64,000 nucleotides of DNA from Dehalococcoidia bacterium (GTDB lineage Bacteria > Chloroflexota > Dehalococcoidia > SM23-28-2 > HRBIN24), in contig DAOTWZ010000019.1 of NCBI GenBank assembly GCA_034435615.1, positions 28,335 through 92,334 on the forward strand. Direction: 5' to 3'. Every line of letters starts with the position of its first letter. Within the stretch, counting starts at the first letter, position 1. Shown piece by piece: positions 18,952-27,560 of the stretch. The notes under the pieces were generated by a model. The model was not told the DNA's origin. It did not search any database and worked only from the letters and a program-made list of their open reading frames with translations. Made by a program: the position numbers and the translations under genes.

Positions 18952-19869
18952 ATGAAATTCGGCGCGCACCTGCTCCACATCTCCGCCCAGTACAGCCCGG
19001 AGGACATAGTCCGCTTCGCCCAGGCAGTGGAGCAGATGGGCTATGACTCCGTCTGGGCCAGCGACCACATCGTCTTCCCCACGGGGGAGGTGGAGTCCCG
19101 CTATCCCTACCGGGAGACGGGGCGCTTTCCCCTCCCCCCGGACACCCCCTGGCTGGAGTGCGTCACCACCCTGGCGTTCGTGGCCGGGGCCACCAGCCGG
19201 GTCTACCTGGGCACCACCGTGATGGTGCTCCCCTACCGCAACCCGGTGCTCAACGCCAAGATGCTGGGGACGCTGCAGGTCCTCTCCAACAACCGCCTCA
19301 TCCTGGGGGCGGGCGCCGGCTGGATGCGGGAGGAGGCGGAGGCCCTGGGGATGCCCTGGGACCACCGCGGCCAGCGCACCGACGAGCATATCCAGGTGCT
19401 GCGGGCCATCTGGACCCAGGAGGAGCCCCGCTTCGAGGGACGCTTCTACCGCATCGCTGGCGTGCGCTGCGAGCCCCGCCCCACCGTGCCGCCCCCCATC
19501 TGGATCGGCGGGCACGAGCGGGCGGGCCTGAGGCGGGCCGGCGTCCTGGGCGACGGCTGGCACGCCGCCTTCCACCCGCCCGAAGACCTGGCCGGCCGCT
19601 GGCAGACGGTGCAGCAGTTCGCCCGGGAGGCCGGGCGCGACCCCGCCTCCCTCACCCTCTCGGTGCGGCTGCCCATCCGCATCCGCAACCAGCCGGAGGA
19701 GGGGCCACCCCTGGTGGGCAGCGTCGACCAGATAAAGCGCTGGCTTCAGGAGTACCAGCGCCTGGGAGTGCAGCACGTCCTGCTGGAGCCGCCCCTGCGC
19801 CAGGGCGTGGAGGCAGCCCTGGAGGTGCTGGACCGCTTCGCCCGGGAGGTGCGGCCCGAGTTCGCCTAG
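18952..19869 (+). CDS. luciferase-like monooxygenase family, F420-dependent oxidoreductase class
   Basis: TIM-barrel LLM family (MKFGAHLL...WASDH...LGAGAGW). Confidence 0.8.
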   Translation: MKFGAHLLHISAQYSPEDIVRFAQAVEQMGYDSVWASDHIVFPTGEVESRYPYRETGRFPLPPDTPWLECVTTLAFVAGATSRVYLGTTVMVLPYRNPVLNAKMLGTLQVLSNNRLILGAGAGWMREEAEALGMPWDHRGQRTDEHIQVLRAIWTQEEPRFEGRFYRIAGVRCEPRPTVPPPIWIGGHERAGLRRAGVLGDGWHAAFHPPEDLAGRWQTVQQFAREAGRDPASLTLSVRLPIRIRNQPEEGPPLVGSVDQIKRWLQEYQRLGVQHVLLEPPLRQGVEAALEVLDRFAREVRPEFA

Positions 19870-20276
19870 GAGGACTGGCGCCGGGGACGGAACTGGACCA
19901 GGGTGACCTCGTCCGTCAGGCGCTGGAAGACGGCCTCCACTGGCATCCCCGTCCTTATCTCCGCCAGGGGGACGTCCACCAGGTTGGCCACCAGGCGCGG
20001 CCCTTCCTCCAGTTGGACCCAGGCCACGTTGTAGGGCGGCTCAAAGCCGGGGACGAGACGGCGGTGGAAGACCACCCAGGAGGCCACCACACCGCGGCCG
20101 CTGGCGCGTCGCCACTCCACCCGGTCGGAGAGGCACTGCGGACAGACGGGGCCTGGGGGCCACCACGTATGCTGACAGTCACCGCAGCGGGGGAGGAGCA
20201 GCTCCCCCCGCCGCGCTCCCTCCCAGAAGGGGAGCTCGTCCTCATGCAGGGGCGGCAGGGGGCGCTCCTCCGCCAT
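19866..20276 (-). CDS. Zn-ribbon/OB-fold protein (DUF35 family), partner of SCP-x-type thiolase
   Basis: CGDCQHTWWPPGPVCPQC rubredoxin-like ribbon followed by an OB-fold; start overlaps the thiolase stop by 1 nt (TGATG). Confidence 0.75.
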   Translation of the reverse strand: MAEERPLPPLHEDELPFWEGARRGELLLPRCGDCQHTWWPPGPVCPQCLSDRVEWRRASGRGVVASWVVFHRRLVPGFEPPYNVAWVQLEEGPRLVANLVDVPLAEIRTGMPVEAVFQRLTDEVTLVQFRPRRQSS

Positions 20277-21460
20277 CACTCCCTCCCGAAGATGAGGGAA
20301 TCGCCGAAGGTGGTGGCCCACTGCAGGAGGCGGGCGCCGGGGATCTGGCGCTCGCCGCATTCGCCCCGTAGCTGGCGCACTATCTCCACCACGTGGTTCC
20401 AGCCGGAGACATGCCCCTCCGAGAGGAGGCCGCCGTTGGTGTTCACCGGCAGCTCTCCCCCCAGCTCTATACGGCCGTCCTGCACCCAGGCCAGCCCCTC
20501 CCCTGGCCCGGCGAAGCCGAAGCGCTCCAGGGTGAAGACCACCTGGGGAGCGAAGGCATCGTAGACGTAGAGGCCGTCCATATCTTTCTGCTCCACGCCG
20601 GCCATCCCGTAGACCGGGTGCTCCCTCTCCAGGTCGTCGCTGACGCTCTGCTGCCAGGCGCCCAGCCCCGGCCGGCCGAAGACGAACTCCTCCCGTCCTG
20701 CCCGCATCCCCTGCATCCCCAGGACGAACACCGGCGGCTGGCGGCAGTCCCGCGCCCTCTCCCGGGAGGCGACGATGACGCAGGCACCGCCATCGCTCAC
20801 CAGGCAGCAGTCCAAGAGGCGCAGGGGCTCGATGATGAAGGGGGCGTTCAGGTAGTCTTCCCGCGTGATGGGAGTGCGCATGATGGCCTGCGGGTTCAGG
20901 GAGGCGTGCTTCCGGATGGCGATGGGCACGGCCGCCAGGTCTTCCGGGCGGCCGCCGTAGCGGGAGAGGTAGAGCCGCCAGGCCATGGCTGCCCCGGCGC
21001 CCGGCGTGACGATGCCGTAGTGGGGGGCCTCACCGTGGGAGCCGCCGCCCTGACGCGTCGCCTCCGGGTCGCGGGGGCCACCGATGTGCCCCGGGCGGCT
21101 GAAGCGGATCCCCACCAGGCAGGCCACCACCCGGGCCAGCCCGGCCGCCACCGCCAGGACAGCGTGCTGCAGGGCAGGGCCCATGAAGCGGCCGTGCGTC
21201 CACGTCTGCTCCGAGTAGCAGAGGCGGAGGCCGAAGGCCTCGGCCAGGCGGTCGTAGTCCACGCCCAGGGGATGGCCGATGTTGGTGACCAGGCCATCGA
21301 TCTCGCTCTTGGCGAGGCCGGCGTCCCGGAGCGCCTCCTTGAGGGCCTCGGCCGCCAGGGCCAGATTGCTGCGGGGCGAGCGTCGCTCCAGGCGCGACAT
21401 CCCCACGCCCACTACAGCTACCCGACCGCTGACGTCGAGGCCGGCCATGCTGCGCTCCAA
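20276..21460 (-). CDS. thiolase-like protein (SCP-x / nonspecific lipid-transfer-type 3-ketoacyl-CoA thiolase)
   Basis: Thiolase fold with the cysteine region and GHPLGVDY, NTNGGLLSEGH; paired with DUF35 as in steroid/lipid side-chain thiolases. Confidence 0.8.
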   Translation of the reverse strand: MERSMAGLDVSGRVAVVGVGMSRLERRSPRSNLALAAEALKEALRDAGLAKSEIDGLVTNIGHPLGVDYDRLAEAFGLRLCYSEQTWTHGRFMGPALQHAVLAVAAGLARVVACLVGIRFSRPGHIGGPRDPEATRQGGGSHGEAPHYGIVTPGAGAAMAWRLYLSRYGGRPEDLAAVPIAIRKHASLNPQAIMRTPITREDYLNAPFIIEPLRLLDCCLVSDGGACVIVASRERARDCRQPPVFVLGMQGMRAGREEFVFGRPGLGAWQQSVSDDLEREHPVYGMAGVEQKDMDGLYVYDAFAPQVVFTLERFGFAGPGEGLAWVQDGRIELGGELPVNTNGGLLSEGHVSGWNHVVEIVRQLRGECGERQIPGARLLQWATTFGDSLIFGRE

Positions 21461-21534
21461 AGCACCCCGTCCGGAGGGCCGGGGCGCCCCGGCCCTCCGG
21501 ACCCCCAGGGCGTGGCCCTCGTCGGGTCAGGGCC

Positions 21535-22389
21535 CTAGGCCACCATGGTCCACTGGCGCTTACCCTCGGCCAGCATCAACCGCCCGAAGATGAAGTTGGG
21601 GAAGTGGGCGGCGGCGCCGAAGGTGGAGGGGTCTTCCAGCTCGCGGATGACCCGCTCCCGCGTCCGCTTGGCCAGCTCCTTGTCCACGTCCGCCACCATG
21701 GCCCACTCCGTGGCCTCGAACTGGACGGGACAGTGCATGGAGTCGCCGAAGAGGATGGCCCGCTCGGTGCCCGAGGAGATGACGACGCTCAGGTGGCCGG
21801 GCGTGTGGCCCGGGGTGGCCAGGATGTTGACGCCCGGGGCTATGGCCTGGCCGTCGCTGACGAACTCGACGCAGTTCTCCAGATGGTCCTGGACCTCGTG
21901 GCGGTCGGGGCCCAGGGGGTCGTCCTTGCCGTACCAGTACTCCCACTCTTCCTTCATGGTCAGGTGACGGGCCCTGGGGAAGGTGGGGACGCGGGTGTGG
22001 CCCACGGCGTGGCTCGTCCAGCCCACGTGGTCCAGGTGGAGATGGGTGTAGACCACTGTGTCGATGTCACCGGGCTCCAGCTTGGCGATGCGCAGGCTCT
22101 CCAGCAGGGCCCCGCCCATCAGCGGGCCGAAGCCGGGGAAGTCCACGCCCTTATCGCCGAAGCCCAGGTCCACCAGGATGTTGCGGGCCCCCGTGCGGAT
22201 GAGGAAGCTGCCGAAGCTGGCCACCAGCCTGCCCTGGTGATCCAGCCATTTGCTGTGGGACTGCCAGATCTCCTTGTTGGTCTCGGGGAAGGCTGCGGTG
22301 GGCTCGAGGGCGGCGCTCCCGTCGGGCAGGAAGACGATGCGTATGTCCCCTACCTTGACCTCCGCCAGGCGTGCCGGTTGTGCAGGCAT
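21535..22389 (-). CDS. MBL-fold metallo-hydrolase
   Basis: HLHLDHVG metal-binding motif plus downstream His/Asp ligands. Confidence 0.8.
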   Translation of the reverse strand: MPAQPARLAEVKVGDIRIVFLPDGSAALEPTAAFPETNKEIWQSHSKWLDHQGRLVASFGSFLIRTGARNILVDLGFGDKGVDFPGFGPLMGGALLESLRIAKLEPGDIDTVVYTHLHLDHVGWTSHAVGHTRVPTFPRARHLTMKEEWEYWYGKDDPLGPDRHEVQDHLENCVEFVSDGQAIAPGVNILATPGHTPGHLSVVISSGTERAILFGDSMHCPVQFEATEWAMVADVDKELAKRTRERVIRELEDPSTFGAAAHFPNFIFGRLMLAEGKRQWTMVA

Positions 22390-22570
22390 CGCTGACCCCT
22401 CCTTTCCCGCCTGCTCGGTATGAGGCAGCCCAAATCTAATGAGCTTTGGCAGGCTTGTCAAGCCAGCCCCCGCAGCCCTATCCTCGGGGAAGCTTGGGGC
22501 CTCCCTGCCCCACTGCCAGAGAGAGGGCACTATACTAACGCTGAAGACTCACCGGAGAGGAGGTAAAGCC

Positions 22571-23362
22571 ATGCCTGAGTACAAGGCCCTCCGCTTCGAG
22601 GTCCGGGACGGGGTGGGCTGGGTCACCCTGTCCAGACCGGAGGTGGGGAACGCCATCAACCGCGAGATGGCCCTGGAGTTGCTGGACGTCTCCCTCCGCT
22701 GCGACGAGGACCCGGGCGTGCGGGCGGTGGTGCTGACGGGCAGCGGCCCCATGTTCTGCACCGGGGGCGACCTGAAGAGCTTCGCCACCGCCGGGGAGGA
22801 TCTCCCCCGCCTCCTCAAGGAGCTCACCACCTACTTCCACGCCGCCGTCTCCCGCTTCTCCCGCATGGAGGCGCCGGTCATCGCCGCTGTCAACGGCACC
22901 GCCGCCGGGGCGGGGATGAGCCTGGTCTGCGCCTGTGACCTGGCGGTGGCTGTCCAGTCCGCTCGCTTCGTCATGGCCTACACGCGGGCTGGCCTCACCC
23001 CGGACGGCTCCGGCACCTACTTCCTGCCCCGCCTGGTGGGCGTACGGCGGGCCCTGGAGCTGACCCTCACCAACCGCATGCTCTCCGCCCAGGAGGCGCT
23101 GGAGATGGGCATCGTCAACCGGGTGGTGCCGGACGAGTCCCTGACATCGGAGGTGGAGTCCCTGGCCCGTCAGCTGGCGGAAGGGCCGACGCGAGCCTAC
23201 GGCGGCGCCAAGCGCCTCATCTATCAGTCCTGGCAGGAGAGCCTGGAGACGCAGATGGAGTGGGAGGCGCGCACCATCGCCGACATGGCCCGCACCGCCG
23301 ACGGCCGGGAGGGGATCGCCGCCTTCCTGGAGAAGCGGCAGCCCCGCTTCAAGGGCCAGTAG
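22571..23362 (+). CDS. enoyl-CoA hydratase/isomerase (crotonase) family
   Basis: Crotonase fold AVNGTAAGAGMSLVCACD and oxyanion-hole residues; GGAGAGGAGG RBS. Confidence 0.85.
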   Translation: MPEYKALRFEVRDGVGWVTLSRPEVGNAINREMALELLDVSLRCDEDPGVRAVVLTGSGPMFCTGGDLKSFATAGEDLPRLLKELTTYFHAAVSRFSRMEAPVIAAVNGTAAGAGMSLVCACDLAVAVQSARFVMAYTRAGLTPDGSGTYFLPRLVGVRRALELTLTNRMLSAQEALEMGIVNRVVPDESLTSEVESLARQLAEGPTRAYGGAKRLIYQSWQESLETQMEWEARTIADMARTADGREGIAAFLEKRQPRFKGQ

Positions 23363-23376
23363 CCGGGGGAGCGGCC

Positions 23377-24582
23377 GTGGCTGGCCCCCTGAACGGCCTA
23401 CGGGTGCTGGAGGTGACGACCACCGTGGCCGGCGCCTACTGCGGCCGCCTCCTGGCCGGCATGGGTGCCGACGTGCTCAAGGTGGAGCCCCCGGAGGGGG
23501 ACCCCCTGCGCCGTTACGGGCCCTTCCCGGGGGACGTGCCCCACCCGGAGAAGAGCGGCCTCTTCCTCCACCTGAACCAGGCCAAGCGGGGCGTCACCCT
23601 GGAGGTGGGCTCCCCCAGCGGCCGCGAGCTGCTGGGCCGCCTGCTGGAGCGGGCCGATGCCCTGGTCCATGACCTGCCTCCCCAGCGGGCCGAGGAGCTC
23701 GGCCTGACGCCGGAGGAGCTGCCACGCCGCCACCCCCGCCTGGTGGCCGCCGTGGTCACCTACTTCGGCTCCCGGGGGCCCTACGCCCGCTACCAGGGGA
23801 CGGAGCTGGTGGCGGAGGCCCTGAGCGGCTACATGTCCATCACCGGAGAGCCGGACCGCGAACCCCTGAAGCCCCACGGCTTCCTGGCCGAGTACCAGGC
23901 CGGCCTGCAGGCGGCGGTGGCGGTGATGGCCGGCCTCCTGGCCCGGGAGGCCCGCGGCGCCGGGGACGTGGCCGACGTCTCGGTGGCGGAGGCGGCCACC
24001 TTCCTCATGGGCGGGCCGCCAGTGCTGGCCTACCTCTTCGGCCAGGTGTGGAAGCGCAACGGCACCCGCCTCATCGGCGTGGGCGACCGCCACCCCTACC
24101 CCTCCACCCTCCGCCCCTGCCGCGATGGCTGGGTGCACGCCCACTCCAACAACCGTCACCCGGACCTCCTGGCCGCCCTGGTGGGGGACCCCTGGCTGGC
24201 CAGCCCGCAGGTGCTGGAGGCCATGACCGCCCACGCCGACGAGATCGACGCCCGCCTGGACGCCTGGCTGGCCGACAAGAGCAAGTGGGAGGCGGTGGAG
24301 CTGGCCCAGGAGCTGCGCCTCCCCTTCACGGAGGTGCTCGACCCGCTGGAGGTGCTGGAGGACCGCCACGGCCACCACCGCACTCGCGGCAGCTTCGTGG
24401 AGGTGGAGCACCCGGTCGCCGGCCGCGTCCGCCAACTGGGTGCGCCGGTGAAGCTCAGTGCCACCCCCTGGCGGGTGGGCCGCGCCCCCCTGCTGGGCGA
24501 GCACAACGAGCAGGTCTTCTGCGGGGAACTGGGCCTCCCGCGGGAGGAGCTGGTGCGTCTGAGACAGGCCGGCATCGTGTAG
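23377..24582 (+). CDS. CoA-transferase family III (CaiB/BaiF/Frc-like)
   Basis: LNGLRVLEVTTTVAGAYCGRLLAGMGADVLKVEPPEG N-terminus and catalytic Asp region; GTG start. Confidence 0.85.
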   Translation: MAGPLNGLRVLEVTTTVAGAYCGRLLAGMGADVLKVEPPEGDPLRRYGPFPGDVPHPEKSGLFLHLNQAKRGVTLEVGSPSGRELLGRLLERADALVHDLPPQRAEELGLTPEELPRRHPRLVAAVVTYFGSRGPYARYQGTELVAEALSGYMSITGEPDREPLKPHGFLAEYQAGLQAAVAVMAGLLAREARGAGDVADVSVAEAATFLMGGPPVLAYLFGQVWKRNGTRLIGVGDRHPYPSTLRPCRDGWVHAHSNNRHPDLLAALVGDPWLASPQVLEAMTAHADEIDARLDAWLADKSKWEAVELAQELRLPFTEVLDPLEVLEDRHGHHRTRGSFVEVEHPVAGRVRQLGAPVKLSATPWRVGRAPLLGEHNEQVFCGELGLPREELVRLRQAGIV

Positions 24583-24593
24583 GAGGAGGGCCT

Positions 24594-25847
24594 ATGGAGA
24601 AGCCCCTGGAGGGCGTGCGCGTGCTGGAGTTCACCAATGCCGTCGCCGGCCCGGTGGCCGGCTTCGTCCTGGCCGACCTGGGCGCCGAGGTCATCAAGGT
24701 GGAACCCACCCACCGCGGCAACCCTGCCGTCGTCGGCCCCCTCGTCCCCGGGGCGCCGGACCGCCCCTACAACCGCGTCCCCATGTTCAACGAACTCAAC
24801 CGCGGTAAGGTGGGCCTCCCCCTGGACGTGGCCCGCCCGGAGGGGCGGGAACTCTTCCTGCGCCTCACCGCCCTGTGCGACATCGTCCTGGAGAACTTCT
24901 CACCCCGGGCGCTGGAGGGGCTGCGCCTGGAGTACGAAGACCTGCGCCAGGCCCGGCCGGACATCATCGTCGTCTCCATGCCCGCCTTCGGACGCACCGG
25001 GGCCTACCGCGACCGCCGCTCCTACGGCCCCGGCGTGGACGCCATGAGCGGCCTCTGCCACCTCACCGGCTACCGGGGCGCCGGGCGCCCCATGAAGCCG
25101 GGCAACTTCTTCTGCGACTACAACGCCGGCCTGCTGGCCGCCTTCTCCGCCATGGCCGCCCTCTGGCACAGGCGCCTCACCGGGGAGGGGCAGTTCCTGG
25201 AGTGCGCCCTCCTGGACAGCGAGCTCCCCCTGGTAGGTGACGCCCTCCTGGACGCCTTCTTCAACGGCCGCCCCGGCGCTCCCCTGGGCAACCGCCATCC
25301 CTGGATGGCCCCCCACGGCGTCTACCCCTGCCGGGGCGAGGACGCCTGGCTGGCCATCGCCTGCCCGTCCGATGCCGCCTTCCAGGCCCTCTGCCAGGCC
25401 ATGGGCCGGCCTGAGCTGGCCCAAGACCCCCGCTTCCGCACCCTGACGGAACGCTACCGCCACCAGGACGAGCTGGACGAGGAGATCGCTGCCTGGACAC
25501 GGGAGCGGGACGCCTACGAGGCGATGCATCTCCTGCAGGAGGCTGGCGTCCCCGCCGCTCCCGTCCTGGACGCCGGCCAGCTCCACCGCGACCCCCAGTA
25601 TGCGGCCCGGGGCTACTTCGTCCCCGTCCGCCACCCGGAGATGGGGACGGCGCCCGTGCCCGGCCTGGCCTTCCGCTACCAGGAGATGGCAGCCACCCCG
25701 GCGGGGCCGGCCCCCCGCTTCGGCGAGCATATAGACTACGTGCTGGGGGACCTGCTGGGCCTCGCACGGGAAGAGATTGAGGCGCTGGAGAGCTCCGGCG
25801 TGGTGGCCCGCCAGCCCCGGCTGCCCGGGGCGCCCAGCGCCGTATGA
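24594..25847 (+). CDS. CoA-transferase family III (second paralogue)
   Basis: LEGVRVLEFTNAVAGPVAGFVLADLGAEVIKVEP; AGGAGGAGGG RBS. Confidence 0.85.
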   Translation: MEKPLEGVRVLEFTNAVAGPVAGFVLADLGAEVIKVEPTHRGNPAVVGPLVPGAPDRPYNRVPMFNELNRGKVGLPLDVARPEGRELFLRLTALCDIVLENFSPRALEGLRLEYEDLRQARPDIIVVSMPAFGRTGAYRDRRSYGPGVDAMSGLCHLTGYRGAGRPMKPGNFFCDYNAGLLAAFSAMAALWHRRLTGEGQFLECALLDSELPLVGDALLDAFFNGRPGAPLGNRHPWMAPHGVYPCRGEDAWLAIACPSDAAFQALCQAMGRPELAQDPRFRTLTERYRHQDELDEEIAAWTRERDAYEAMHLLQEAGVPAAPVLDAGQLHRDPQYAARGYFVPVRHPEMGTAPVPGLAFRYQEMAATPAGPAPRFGEHIDYVLGDLLGLAREEIEALESSGVVARQPRLPGAPSAV

Positions 25848-25859
25848 GGGGGAAGGACG

Positions 25860-26228
25860 ATGCCCATACGGAAGCCCTGGACCAGCTTCGACCCGTCCCA
25901 GCTACGGCGGCTGCCTGCCGCCCTCGGCGTCTACGAGCTGGGGGACGAGGAGGGGAACGTCATCTACATCGGCTGCGCCGGGGGCCGGGACGCCTTCGGC
26001 CTGCGGGGGCGCATCGCCCACCACTTCGACCCCGCCCAGGAGAGCAATCCCGTCATCCGGGAGCGGGCCCGCCTCTACCGCTACGAGGTCAACTCCTCGT
26101 ACATGACCCGCTGGTCGGAGCTGCTGACCCTTTACCGTGAGGAGCACGGCCGCCTCCCCGAGGGGAACGAGGCGGCCCCCGGCGAGCTGCCGCCCCTGGG
26201 CCGCTTCCACTGGACGCGGCAGGGCTGA
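25860..26228 (+). CDS. stand-alone GIY-YIG-like domain protein (122 aa), function unknown
   Basis: LGVYELGDEEGNVIYIGCAGGRDAFGLRGRIAHHF aligns by pattern to the UvrC N-terminal GIY-YIG motif (GVY...VIYVGKA...LRxRxxxHF); strong RBS GAGGGGGAAGGA; 12 nt after the CoA-transferase stop. Confidence 0.5.
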   Translation: MPIRKPWTSFDPSQLRRLPAALGVYELGDEEGNVIYIGCAGGRDAFGLRGRIAHHFDPAQESNPVIRERARLYRYEVNSSYMTRWSELLTLYREEHGRLPEGNEAAPGELPPLGRFHWTRQG

Positions 26229-26264
26229 GAGCATAGCCAGCACCACGAGAGGGAGGAGGACGCC

Positions 26265-27425
26265 ATGGACCTGCGCATGACCGACGAACAGCGGCTCATC
26301 GTGGAGACGATACGGCGCTTCGTCAACGAGCAGATCATCCCCCTGGAGGGAGAGCTGGACCCGGACGCCGAGGAGCTGCCGGATGAGGACTACCAGCGCC
26401 TCTCGACCATGGTCAAGGAGATGGGCTTCTGGAACTTCTTCGTCCCCGCCGAGTTCGGCGGCCCCGGGCTGGACCTGGTGACCCAGTGCCTGGCGGCGGA
26501 GGAGATGAGCCAGCACCGGGCGGGCCTCTACGCCCCCTGCTACCACACCTTCGGCCACGCCGGCCTGGTCCAGCTCTACGAGGCCAACGAGGAGCAGCGG
26601 GAGCGCTACCTCTACCCCCTGCTGCGGGGGGAGAAGAAGGTCTTCTTCGCCCTCACTGAGCCCAGCGGCGGCTCCGACCCGGCGCGGGCCATCAAGACCA
26701 CCGCCGTGCGGGACGGTGACTACTGGGTGCTCAACGGCACCAAGACCTTCATCTCCGGCGCTGACCAGGCCGACTTCGGCCTCGTCTTCGCCAGGACGGA
26801 TCCCGCCCGCGGCCGCGCCGGCATCACCTGCTTCATCGTGGACACCGACACCCCTGGCTTCCGCGTGCGGCGGGTGATCCACACCCTGCGCAACGTCCAC
26901 CACCCCTGCGAGATCGAGTTCGACAACTGCCGCGTCCCCCACAGCAACGTCCTGGGGCAGGTGGGCGGCGGCTTCGCCATCGCCAATGACCGTCTGACCC
27001 GCAACCGTGTCACCTACGCCGCCAACTCCCTGGGGGTGGCGGTGGCCGCCCAGCGGATGGCCATCCGCTGGGCCAAGCAGCGGGAGACCTTCGGCGACCT
27101 CCTGGCCAACCGTCAGGCCATCCAGTGGATGCTGGTGGACAACGAGGTGGACATCCGCACCTCACGCTGGATCATCCTGGACGCCGCCAGCAAGGCCGAC
27201 CACGGCGAGCCCTTCCGCTTCGAGGCGTCCATGGCCAAGATGATGGCCACGGAGGCGGCCAGCCGGGTAGTGGACCGCTGTATCCAGATCCACGGCGGCC
27301 TGGGCGTCACCAAAGACCTCCCCCTGGAGCGCTGGTGGCGGGAGCTGCGCATCCGCCGCATCGGCGAGGGGCCGACGGAGGTGCACCGCATGGTCATTGC
27401 CCGCGACCTCCTGAGCCAGGGCTGA
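26265..27425 (+). CDS. acyl-CoA dehydrogenase
   Basis: ACAD N/M/C domains and catalytic region IHGGLGVTKDLPLERWWRELRIRRIGEGPTEV. Confidence 0.9.
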   Translation: MDLRMTDEQRLIVETIRRFVNEQIIPLEGELDPDAEELPDEDYQRLSTMVKEMGFWNFFVPAEFGGPGLDLVTQCLAAEEMSQHRAGLYAPCYHTFGHAGLVQLYEANEEQRERYLYPLLRGEKKVFFALTEPSGGSDPARAIKTTAVRDGDYWVLNGTKTFISGADQADFGLVFARTDPARGRAGITCFIVDTDTPGFRVRRVIHTLRNVHHPCEIEFDNCRVPHSNVLGQVGGGFAIANDRLTRNRVTYAANSLGVAVAAQRMAIRWAKQRETFGDLLANRQAIQWMLVDNEVDIRTSRWIILDAASKADHGEPFRFEASMAKMMATEAASRVVDRCIQIHGGLGVTKDLPLERWWRELRIRRIGEGPTEVHRMVIARDLLSQG

Positions 27426-27499
27426 GGCGCCCCAGGCCCCCGGGCGACGCCGCCCCAGGGCCGGGGCCGCGCCGGGAGCAAAATATTTTATCGATTGTA

Positions 27500-27527
27500 T
27501 TGATTTTTCTCACAGGGGCGTCATAAT
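27500..27527 (+). promoter_or_regulatory. sigma70-like promoter (TTGATT, 16-bp spacer, CATAAT) with an AT-rich upstream element, for the binding-protein gene at 27561
   Basis: A 45-nt AT-rich block aaaatattttatcgattgtattgatttttctcaca stands out in a GC-rich intergenic region. Confidence 0.5.
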
Positions 27528-27560
27528 GGGGCCATACCACACACACCAAGGAGGAACGCC

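Noticed and set aside
13756-25847. Oxalate degradation pair (oxalyl-CoA decarboxylase plus formyl-CoA transferase)
   Set aside because: The TPP enzyme and the family III CoA-transferases are about 8 kb apart, in different transcription units, and the transferases sit in a thiolase/crotonase/acyl-CoA dehydrogenase context. Family-level similarity alone does not support an oxc/frc assignment.
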